The position numbers were made by a program, and so were the translations under genes. Shown piece after piece: positions 1 to 7,515 of a DNA stretch of 43,463 nucleotides (the first letter of the stretch is position 1; each line of letters begins with the position of its first letter). Location: IMG/VR virus record IMGVR_UViG_3300031519_000051, positions 1 to 43,463 of that record; one strand, given 5' to 3'. The stretch is from a virus (lineage: Duplodnaviria > Caudoviricetes). The notes beneath the pieces are model-generated. The model did no database searches. It saw only the letters and a program-made list of their open reading frames with translations, and was not told the origin of the DNA.

Positions 1-977
1 CCTGTTGCCGATGGGATTCGTCTTTGATGAATTTCCGTTTTAACACGTTCAACAAATTGCATAGCAAGGTGTGATGGCATGTTACCCACATCAACGTAGA
101 ATACTCTGCGCTCTGGCGCACGTTGTACTCGATAAATGATAATAGCATCTTCGAGTAATTCTTTTTGTTTGAATACTTTAAAAATTGTTTCTAGTAACGA
201 GTTACCAAATGGATAGTTATTATCAAGTCCTTCACTTAAACTTAAATGAACAACATGGTCTGCATTAACTGCAACTTCACCTTCTTCAATTGAAAAACGA
301 GAACCTGGAGGAACATTAACACCGCCGACCATGCCTCTTGCGCCGCCGGTTTGATAACTTGCACCTGGCAAACTTGCACCTGGTGTTCCCATCTGTCCAC
401 CTGTAATGTGCGGAGTAGTTGCTATCATTTCTTTAAAGTTTAAATTAACATCTTTAATAATATATTGTTCTGGCTTTTTGCCTTCGCTTTCGTTAACAAT
501 AATACGTGTAAGTTTTGCAGGATCAACATGAAACATCTTTTTAGTTTCTGGATCTCTTAAAAATATTGCATCTCCGTATTTAAATACATTACGGAATGTT
601 CTAAACATACGTGTTTCAAAGTTATTAATTTTGCACCATTGTCTTAGGTACTGTCCTAAAATATTAACTTCGTTGTTTGTTGCTGCTTTATTAAAATGGA
701 AATTAAAATTTGTTCCATTTTCGTCATTTTTTTGTGTACAAAATTCTGCAAGAATATCAAGTGCAGCATTAACTTCACTGTCGTTGTCCATAGTGTTGTA
801 CTGTCCATAACGTTCAACTCTGTTAGGCGAGCCAACGTACACATCCGGTAAGTAGCTTGAATAATTTGACCTTGCTGGTCCTGGACGGCCAGCTGCACCA
901 CCTCCGCTAATAGGACTATAGCTTCCTGTGATATTATCTCCGGTTTGTACCGGAGTAAAGTATTTTTTCCAACTCAT
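1..977 (-). CDS. gp20: Portal vertex protein, T4 gp20-like (5' part; runs off the left edge)
   Basis: Not in the ORF track; translated by hand from ATG at 977: MSWKKYFTPVQ...RVERYGQYNTMDNDSEVNAALDILAEFC...LLEDAIIIYRVQRAPERRVFYVDVGNMPSHLAMQFVERVK. EDAxxIYRxxRAPERRVFYxDVGNxP is the gp20 signature. The ATG overlaps the upstream TAA (TAATG). Confidence 0.93.
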   Translation of the reverse strand, partial: MSWKKYFTPVQTGDNITGSYSPISGGGAAGRPGPARSNYSSYLPDVYVGSPNRVERYGQYNTMDNDSEVNAALDILAEFCTQKNDENGTNFNFHFNKAATNNEVNILGQYLRQWCKINNFETRMFRTFRNVFKYGDAIFLRDPETKKMFHVDPAKLTRIIVNESEGKKPEQYIIKDVNLNFKEMIATTPHITGGQMGTPGASLPGASYQTGGARGMVGGVNVPPGSRFSIEEGEVAVNADHVVHLSLSEGLDNNYPFGNSLLETIFKVFKQKELLEDAIIIYRVQRAPERRVFYVDVGNMPSHLAMQFVERVKTEIHQRRIPSAT

Positions 978-3364
978 TATGCTCTACCTATTCCTTGCAT
1001 GAGATTCCCAGTACTTCTCATTGTTTTAATTTGTTTGTTACTGATTTCGTTCTGTATGTTATTTATTCCTACTAATTGTAACATAGTTTGGTTCAGAATG
1101 TCAAGTTTTTCTTCTACCGAACTTGCACTTTGCATTTGCCCAGCAGTAGCTTTTGCTAAACTGTCTGCATTAGGTGATGAACTTTCTTGCATATTATTAG
1201 TAGGTTCGTTTCTTTTTAGTATTGAATTCATATTTGGAGCAACATTGTTAGCTTGCATTGCTTGTGTTTGAGACGACAATGCACTATACATTTTTTCGTT
1301 ATTTGCAGCAAAACTCTTAGTTGCATCTGTTATCGGTGCACCAAACGCAAGCATTTCGTTATGTAAATCTTTCAGTACTTTGTTTTCATCACTCATAGGC
1401 GCACTAAACATTTTCATTTCTTTTTGTAAATCGTTCATTACATTGTTATTAGAATTATCAGGCATTTTTACTGTTGCTAGTAAACCTTTAAACATATTAC
1501 TAAGATCGTTAGATATATCTGGTAAATCGCTACTTAGTAATGATGATGTAGATTTACTATCAATTATGTCACCAAATGAATCGGGTATCATTAATTCAGG
1601 ACCGTCTTCGCCTACAATATACGGCATATCTTTGACTACAGGACCGCCCTCTTCTCGCAAGCCAAGTATCCTCAGTAAAGAATCTACAGCACCGCCTGTT
1701 GCTTCACTAGGGTCGCCACCTTCTTCTGTAGGTTTTCTAAGATTTTTAATATCTTCAATTCTTTTACTAATTATTCTAGTGTTATAGTCGTCAGTTGCTA
1801 GACCGCCTGGACCACTCACTAATACCTTCTGTAAATGTTTTAACGCTGCAGCTATTTCTGCTTGACTAGAAGTTGGGTCATTGACAATATCTATAGCCTG
1901 GTTGGTCTCTGCTGAATTATCTTCGCTTTTTTGAAGTTGGGGTCCTCCTAATAGTGCTGTTAATGTTGCTACCCCTTTTGATAGTCCAGAAGTAGCTGTG
2001 GTTAACATATCCACGCCTTCTTTAAAAATCTTATTGGCCCCTTCGCCGTTCCGAATTAATCCGCCAATTGATTCATTAGCTTTACTAGCTGCATTTGCTA
2101 ACGCTAATTGTCCTTTTTGAATAGATTGTTGTGCATCTTGGTTAGAATTGTTTCCTGCCATTTGATTGCCTGAGTTTTCAGTAAGACCTTTAAGCATATT
2201 ATTAAACGCAACAATATAATCACCAGTATTACCAATAGCGTTACCAATCTTTTCACTGTGTTCAGCCATCGCATCAATAAGAGGAGCCATTGCTTCTAAT
2301 CTATCAGCCTGACCTTGTGCTATTTCGCTCACTTGTGCCAGTGTAGCAATCGTTAACCCTTGTCTACTGTTTGCAAAAGAAGCAGTGGCTGCTGCGGCAT
2401 CTTTTGCATATTTTTCTGCGGCTACTGTATCACCTTGTTTGGTTGCGTTTGCGGCTTGTTGTAATAGTGCATACGCTTCTTTGTTGGTTGCTGCAAAGTT
2501 TTTAGTTGCTGCTGTCATTGGCACGCCTGTTTGTACTAAGTCTGCCATTAAGTCGCCAACAACTTTAGGAGCACTTGCTAGAGATGCTTGTGCCATTTTA
2601 TAAGATTGGCTTGCACCTGTTACTCCGTCCATTTCAAGTAAACGTATCTTTGCTTGGGTTGCTCCGTCACGCATTCTATCTTTTAATTGGTCCTGTTGTT
2701 CTTTTGCACTCTTACCTGTAAGTTTAGCCATTGCGTCCATTGACTGTGCTAATTCTAACGTACTTTCTACTTGCTGTGCTTCCGTCATACCAGTTAAACG
2801 AGCCCGACGTCTATCTATATTCATTTGGTCTATTAGGAATTCATTAGTTTCTCCAAGAGTCATTCCTAAGTTCATAAATCCATCAACCGCACCACCTTCA
2901 AACATAGCATTTGATAGTTGAGTAAAGCGACGAGTACCGCCGTTAACACCGCCTGCAAAACCTGCAAGTTCGGTTGAATTTTTTGCTATTAATCCAGCAA
3001 ATTGGTCTAATGGCATCCTAGTCTGGGCTGCCATCATTCTAAGAGCTCCTAGGTCTGCATCAAGTCCTGCTCCAACTTTACTTAATGACTGAAATGCTGA
3101 ATTAGTATCTTCAACATATCCAACCAATTGTCCTAAAGTAGTGCTTACTGCTCCAGTAGCATCAGCTATTCGGCCGCCGCCTGAATCTAAGACTTTGCCA
3201 TAACCTTTCACGATATCCCCAAGTTTACTTGTTGATGCCTCAAAGGCTTTATTGAACTTACCCATAGCTTGCGTATTACCGCCACTATTACCGCCGCCTT
3301 GCGACGCAAATCCGGCTTGTATAGCATTTACTATTGCGTTTCTATCTTCTATGTCTATCGGCAT
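977..3364 (-). CDS. Tail tape-measure-like protein (functional analogue of T4 gp29)
   Basis: 795 aa, Ala/Gln/Met-rich and helical. Contains REEGGPVVKDMPYIVGEDGPELMIP, the GGPV..Y.VGE.GPE motif seen near tape-measure C-termini. Lies next to the gp26-like gene, with a TAAATA promoter upstream. Confidence 0.7.
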   Translation of the reverse strand: MPIDIEDRNAIVNAIQAGFASQGGGNSGGNTQAMGKFNKAFEASTSKLGDIVKGYGKVLDSGGGRIADATGAVSTTLGQLVGYVEDTNSAFQSLSKVGAGLDADLGALRMMAAQTRMPLDQFAGLIAKNSTELAGFAGGVNGGTRRFTQLSNAMFEGGAVDGFMNLGMTLGETNEFLIDQMNIDRRRARLTGMTEAQQVESTLELAQSMDAMAKLTGKSAKEQQDQLKDRMRDGATQAKIRLLEMDGVTGASQSYKMAQASLASAPKVVGDLMADLVQTGVPMTAATKNFAATNKEAYALLQQAANATKQGDTVAAEKYAKDAAAATASFANSRQGLTIATLAQVSEIAQGQADRLEAMAPLIDAMAEHSEKIGNAIGNTGDYIVAFNNMLKGLTENSGNQMAGNNSNQDAQQSIQKGQLALANAASKANESIGGLIRNGEGANKIFKEGVDMLTTATSGLSKGVATLTALLGGPQLQKSEDNSAETNQAIDIVNDPTSSQAEIAAALKHLQKVLVSGPGGLATDDYNTRIISKRIEDIKNLRKPTEEGGDPSEATGGAVDSLLRILGLREEGGPVVKDMPYIVGEDGPELMIPDSFGDIIDSKSTSSLLSSDLPDISNDLSNMFKGLLATVKMPDNSNNNVMNDLQKEMKMFSAPMSDENKVLKDLHNEMLAFGAPITDATKSFAANNEKMYSALSSQTQAMQANNVAPNMNSILKRNEPTNNMQESSSPNADSLAKATAGQMQSASSVEEKLDILNQTMLQLVGINNIQNEISNKQIKTMRSTGNLMQGIGRA

Positions 3365-3403
3365 ATATCTCTCACAATTATAACCCTATATTATTAAAGT
3401 CAC

Positions 3404-3426
3404 TAAATATCTTATATAACTATTTA
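3404..3426. promoter_or_regulatory. Overlapping pair of late promoters: TAAATA on + at 3404-3409 and on - at 3421-3426
   Basis: T4-type late -10 core on each strand in the 76-bp gap between the divergent tape-measure-like and gp26-like genes. Confidence 0.65.
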
Positions 3427-3440
3427 TCGTTAGGAATTAT

Positions 3441-4304
3441 ATGAGCAGTTTTTTACAAAAGTATCAAAGACAACCTAAACTCTATGTTGACTTGCCTAGT
3501 CAAGGTGCATTTTATAATGAAGACACGATCCAAGACAACACAGTAACAAAGATGCCAGTATTTGGCATGAATGCAATGGACGAAATTATTTTTAAAACTC
3601 CAGATGCATTACTAACCGGCGAAGCTACAGCATCAGTTATGCAAAGTTGTATACCTTATATTAAAGATCCGTGGCAGTTGGTTGGCTACGATATAGATTT
3701 TATATTAATTGCTATGCGTATTGCAACATATGGTGACGGACTTCCAATATCAACAAGATGCCCACATTGTAGTACTGAGCAAGACAGTGAAGTTTCATTA
3801 ACTAAAATGTTAGATAATTTTGTAGACTATCCAATTAAATTCCAGTTTCATTTAGATAACTTAACTGTCCATTTACGACCGTTAACTTATAGAGAAACTA
3901 CAGATTTTAGTATGGAAAATTTTGCACTTGAACGCAGACTTGTAGCAATTAAAACTTTAGATAGTGATGAAAAAACTAAAGATGAACAAGTTAAAACTAT
4001 TTTTTCTGAATCATCAAAATTAAATTTAAGACTTGCTGTTGCACACATTGAAAGCATTAGTGAAGGTGATGATATTGAAGCTGATAACAGTGTTGTTTTA
4101 GAATTTATACAAAATAGTGATCAAGAGTTTTATAAAAAACTTAGAGAAGGTATTAAAGATCTTACTGAAAAATGGAACTTACCTAATATAAAAATTAAAT
4201 GTGTTAATGAAGAATGTGACGCAGATGAGTATTCTACAAATATAGATTTGGACTACTCAAATTTTTTCGGAGCACGATCGTTACACTCGAGGAATCTGAT
4301 ATAA
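3441..4304 (+). CDS. Baseplate hub assembly protein, T4 gp26-like
   Basis: YVDLPSQG, DEIIFKTPDALL, DIDFILIAMRIATYG, CPHC and CxxxxC motifs, LRPLTY, C-terminal ..SNFF. SD AGGA upstream. Confidence 0.75.
   Translation: MSSFLQKYQRQPKLYVDLPSQGAFYNEDTIQDNTVTKMPVFGMNAMDEIIFKTPDALLTGEATASVMQSCIPYIKDPWQLVGYDIDFILIAMRIATYGDGLPISTRCPHCSTEQDSEVSLTKMLDNFVDYPIKFQFHLDNLTVHLRPLTYRETTDFSMENFALERRLVAIKTLDSDEKTKDEQVKTIFSESSKLNLRLAVAHIESISEGDDIEADNSVVLEFIQNSDQEFYKKLREGIKDLTEKWNLPNIKIKCVNEECDADEYSTNIDLDYSNFFGARSLHSRNLI
4259..4268 (+). promoter_or_regulatory. Putative -1 programmed ribosomal frameshift site (A-AAT-TTT / T-TTT-TTC)
   Basis: Two overlapping X-XXY-YYZ heptamers in the correct phase (TCA AAT TTT TTC GGA). 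The -1 frame stays open from here to TAG at 4499-4501. Confidence 0.6.
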
Positions 4305-4327
4305 TATCTCTTACTAAAGACTTTGAG

Positions 4328-4501
4328 ATGCAGATCAAACAATTAAAAGATACAATATATAGACTTGGTTGGTATATGCGTGGTAGTTTTAGTTATGAAA
4401 ATTTAATGTTTCATACTTCGGTTGAAGATAGAGAAATTTTAAATAAAATTATAAAAGATAATATTGAAACTACTGAAAAAACTAGGATGCCGTTGATTTA
4501 G
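4328..4501 (+). CDS. Baseplate hub assembly catalyst-like ORF (T4 gp51-like), possibly expressed as a frameshift extension of the gp26-like gene
   Basis: Below the ORF-track cutoff: MQIKQLKDTIYRLGWYMRGSFSYENLMFHTSVEDREILNKIIKDNIETTEKTRMPLI*. It sits directly after gp26, the frame is open back to the slippery site, and there is no clear SD before the ATG. Confidence 0.6.
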   Translation: MQIKQLKDTIYRLGWYMRGSFSYENLMFHTSVEDREILNKIIKDNIETTEKTRMPLI

Positions 4502-5528
4502 CTTTTTGTTGCTTTGCTATTTTAAATGCTTTCATCATCTTAGGATCAGACTTAATTAAGTTTAACATATTAGATTTAATTTCTGTTTTTGCAGCGGTTG
4601 CATTGTCTTCATTAACACTACTTTCACCTATGGTTTCAATCCATTCATCAGTAAGTCTTGTTATAGCAAATTCACTTAAAGAATTTACTAGTGCAGCATC
4701 TTTTGCCAAAGCATTAAATGCATGACCAATCAACCAGCCAACTCCGCCAGCAAGTAATGGTATTAACCAACCAAGTCCAGGAAAAACAACTAAAATTCTA
4801 GTTGCTGCACCAGCTGCTACGGCTCCTGTTGCAATACTTCCCATTAATGCAATTATTGCTCCGGTAAATGCATCGTGTACTGCTGCTCTTGCAGTTATAA
4901 CCTTTGGATTTGCTATGTTGCCGTCGTGTCTGTCGAGAACTTTTACATAATTGTCAGCTCGGTCCGCAACGTCCATTATACCAGTTATTGTTGACAGCAC
5001 TCCCATAATGCCGCCCCATTTGCCCATTTTTTTAAGTACCGACCCACCTTTTGATAAGGCACTCTTTTTATTCCAGTCTGCTCGTTTTTGATCTCTCTTA
5101 CTAAGAGGTGCTGTAGATTTTGGTGTAGTATCAGTCTTTGGTGCTGTACCGGCTCGGTCACTTGGATCAGCTGAAAAAGACTTAGTAGCAGTTTTTGTAG
5201 TACTTGTACTTGTACCAGAGTTAATATTTAGAGGAGTTAATTTTTTTGGATCTAATAATTTTTTAACTGAAACGTTAAATGTTTTGCCTTTAGAATCTTT
5301 AAAGCTAACCTGATTTGGATTACCATTTGCTGCAGGACCAACTATTGTTCCTTTACTAACGCCGCCATTTTTATTTGCAAAAGCTGCCTTTGTGCCAGTA
5401 ACTCCTGTTAATTTAGGACTTGTTGATACTTTAGGTTCTGAATTTGATCCACCTAATGCTCTGAGCATATCTCTAGTATTAGCATTTGGTTCAATCCTAG
5501 GTGCTTCGGTTATGTGATGTATTTTCAT
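4482..5528 (-). CDS. Hypothetical late protein with C-terminal hydrophobic segments (possible internal head or ejection protein)
   Basis: 348 aa. N-terminal MKIHHITE, a Lys/Thr/Ser-rich middle, and Gly/Ala-rich hydrophobic stretches (GGIMGVLSTITGI; ILVVFPGLGWLIPLLAGGVGWLIG). SD AAGGA and TAAATA at 5560-5565 (-). Confidence 0.5.
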   Translation of the reverse strand: MKIHHITEAPRIEPNANTRDMLRALGGSNSEPKVSTSPKLTGVTGTKAAFANKNGGVSKGTIVGPAANGNPNQVSFKDSKGKTFNVSVKKLLDPKKLTPLNINSGTSTSTTKTATKSFSADPSDRAGTAPKTDTTPKSTAPLSKRDQKRADWNKKSALSKGGSVLKKMGKWGGIMGVLSTITGIMDVADRADNYVKVLDRHDGNIANPKVITARAAVHDAFTGAIIALMGSIATGAVAAGAATRILVVFPGLGWLIPLLAGGVGWLIGHAFNALAKDAALVNSLSEFAITRLTDEWIETIGESSVNEDNATAAKTEIKSNMLNLIKSDPKMMKAFKIAKQQKAKSTAS

Positions 5529-5559
5529 TTCGATGTATCCTTAAACATTAACTTGTATG

Positions 5560-5565
5560 TATTTA
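5560..5565 (-). promoter_or_regulatory. Late promoter TAAATA for 4482..5528
   Basis: TAAATA core about 30 nt upstream of the ATG. Confidence 0.55.
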
Positions 5566-5692
5566 TGTATTAACTTCGTTAATACAAGTTTTCGTTAGCA
5601 CTCAAACTGTTTACTTCGTAATTAGTTATGTCTAACTAATTGAATTAATATGAATATGAATATTAATATGCATTATTACGAATGTAATAATG
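5566..5692. repeat. Tandem cluster of five short perfect inverted repeats in very AT-rich DNA
   Basis: TGTATTAAC-TTC-GTTAATACA (5566-5586); TTAC-TTC-GTAA (5611-5621); AATTAGTTA-TGTC-TAACTAATT (5620-5641); ATTAATA-N10-TATTAAT (5644-5667); CATTATTAC-GAAT-GTAATAATG (5671-5692). Confidence 0.85.
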
Positions 5693-5699
5693 TTTAAGT

Positions 5700-6108
5700 T
5701 TCATGTAGATTGTTTCAGTCAGACGGAACCTGTTACGGTCCCATCTAATCTCAAAATGCGCTTCATGTGAGTCTGCACCAGCCGAGACTTGGAAGTAGGT
5801 AATTGTTTATACACTTAGTTCAATGGGCTCTGACCTTACCCAACCTACGTCGACATTATGTAACATAAAGGATACATTAAGCTAGTTAATGCAATCTCTA
5901 TAGTACAATATTCCCTCGCTTCGTTCCTAGTGCTAAAGGGTTTTTATGAACTGTGTCGTGTTTTTTGACCGCCAACAATGCAATCTATATCAACAAGTGA
6001 GCCCAATTTGTTTGGTGGCTTCCGCACTCAGGTGCGTCAATCAATATGTACGTGTGCTTCTATACGAGAGCTTTTTCCACAGCGGTATTATAATCTGGCC
6101 CGCCAACC
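5700..6108 (-). ncRNA. Putative large structured non-coding RNA of unrecognised family, directly downstream of the GIY-YIG gene
   Basis: No credible ORF. About 42% GC by hand count versus about 24% in the adjacent spacer. Several stems have mismatches that are G-U pairs only on the minus strand (5721-5746, 5865-5901, 6081-6104), plus long-range complementary blocks. Confidence 0.6.
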
Positions 6109-6558
6109 TTATGTGTTGGAATGTTTTGCCTGTATGTGATGTTCTAGCAATGCCTGTTTGAGTTTGTCTGATCCGCCGACTCTAACATTTATAATACCAT
6201 TATAGTATTCATCTGTTTCAAGTACTCTGCGATCAAACTGTTCTCTTGCCTCTATGTAGGACATTTCGCCTCTACCTTTACATAGGTATAGTATTTCTCT
6301 TGTAAACTTATCTTCGCCTAGTGTTGCAACGTCTGCGTTCAGTCTATCACTGGAGCCATAGTATTCTCTCCAGTCACTTTCTTTAGTTCCGCGACGTTTA
6401 TTTTTCTTGCCTTTAAGTGGTGGCTTAGTAGTTTTAAACTTTGCTAGTTTTTTACCTATATATTTTTGGCCTGTAGTGGTGTTAGTAATAAGATATACAA
6501 ATCCTTCGTAGTCGTCTGGTATTTGGTCAATCTTGTTGCCTTCGTAAGTCCACTGCAT
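6109..6558 (-). CDS. Stand-alone GIY-YIG family endonuclease
   Basis: GFVYLITN...KYIGKK (GIY-YIG motif), ESDWREYYGSS, FTREIL, E-x-x-EQF, YYN. 149 aa with no appended DNA-binding domain. Confidence 0.85.
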   Translation of the reverse strand: MQWTYEGNKIDQIPDDYEGFVYLITNTTTGQKYIGKKLAKFKTTKPPLKGKKNKRRGTKESDWREYYGSSDRLNADVATLGEDKFTREILYLCKGRGEMSYIEAREQFDRRVLETDEYYNGIINVRVGGSDKLKQALLEHHIQAKHSNT

Positions 6559-6575
6559 AGTGATACTTACCGTGC

Positions 6576-6779
6576 CTATTGTTTTTTTGCCTCGATCTTG
6601 GTTTTAAACTTTTCGTGTATCTCGTCGCCTCTAATTTTGCTTAGTCTCCGTATCTCTCTAAGCCACTTACGGCTTGCTCGATGCGTTCTAAAGCTCAATC
6701 TCTTTTCAAAGTTTTCATTTGCTTTAAAATATTCTAAGTATGCTTTTACTAATTGATCGTGTATGTCATCATCAATCAT
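6576..6779 (-). CDS. Small basic helical protein, histone H1-like Hc1-type (tentative)
   Basis: 67 aa; ENFEK...HRASRKWLREIRRLSKIR resembles the Hc1 helical-hairpin pattern (RARKxxxE). Start overlaps the hemC stop. Confidence 0.45.
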   Translation of the reverse strand: MIDDDIHDQLVKAYLEYFKANENFEKRLSFRTHRASRKWLREIRRLSKIRGDEIHEKFKTKIEAKKQ

Positions 6780-7515
6780 AATACATTGCCTTTAATGTAA
6801 TAGGATTACTACCTGTTGCATGTGCAGCTAATTTTGTATGACAATCGCCACCAATGCCTTTTAAAAATGCACGTTCAACTTGTGCCTGGGCATATGTTTT
6901 GGCATGATTTATTTTTGCAACCACATCAATAGTAGCATTGTCGTCTTTTCTAGTTTGTAATGCAATCACTCCTTGACCAACAGCCGGAATAGTTGGAATT
7001 TTAATCCATGTACGTCTAATATCTAACGCTTGTAGCCCAGCTTCTGCTAATACTATAGCATCATATTCTTTATTGTCAAGTTTTTTTAGACGTGTGTCTA
7101 TATTTCCACGTATTGGTTTAAGTTTAATGTCTAAATTTTTGTATAATTCTTTTAGTTGAGCAGTTCTTCTTGGACTGCTAGTACCAATCGTACAACCGTA
7201 ACCAACACTACCTAAAATAACATCATGCGGGCTATTTCTTTTAAGCATAGCACTAACAACTAGTTCTGGATGTTCTTCTCCAGGCATATCTTTTAAACTA
7301 TGAACAGCAACATCAATATCACTGTTTAATAAACTTGTTTCAATTGTACTGGTAAAAACTCCCTTGCCACCTATTTCGTAAATAGGTACATCAGGATTTA
7401 AATCACCAACAGTTTTTATAATTACAATTTCTGTTTCACAAGACAGTTCAGCACATACCCTTTCAGCGTATGCAAGTGCTAGTTTACTTCCTCGTACTCC
7501 AATTCTAAGTTTCAT
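6772..7515 (-). CDS. hemC: Hydroxymethylbilane synthase (porphobilinogen deaminase), C-terminally shortened
   Basis: IGVRGSKLAL, KTVGD, GGKGVF, AVHSLKDMP (catalytic Asp), IGTSSPRRTAQL, IRGNIDTRLKKL, PAVGQG, ERAFL..IGGDC (cofactor-binding Cys). Confidence 0.95.
   Translation of the reverse strand: MKLRIGVRGSKLALAYAERVCAELSCETEIVIIKTVGDLNPDVPIYEIGGKGVFTSTIETSLLNSDIDVAVHSLKDMPGEEHPELVVSAMLKRNSPHDVILGSVGYGCTIGTSSPRRTAQLKELYKNLDIKLKPIRGNIDTRLKKLDNKEYDAIVLAEAGLQALDIRRTWIKIPTIPAVGQGVIALQTRKDDNATIDVVAKINHAKTYAQAQVERAFLKGIGGDCHTKLAAHATGSNPITLKAMYYD

Noticed and set aside
656-901. 81-aa minus-strand ORF in the track
   Set aside because: It is an out-of-frame shadow inside the portal gene (1..977).
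5529-5700. CRISPR-like or guide array
   Set aside because: The hairpins differ in sequence; there is no repeated unit with regular spacers and no cas gene.
5700-6108. Group I or II intron, RNase P RNA, tmRNA or tRNA identity for the structured region
   Set aside because: I could not find group I P7 (R/S) consensus, group II domain V, the RNase P GAGGAAAGUCC motif or tRNA-like ends, and no interrupted gene flanks it. A divergent member cannot be excluded without a covariance-model search.
5946-6161. 71-aa plus-strand ORF over the structured region
   Set aside because: No SD, Cys/Val-rich unnatural composition, and antisense overlap with the GIY-YIG gene; the G-U pattern favours a minus-strand RNA.
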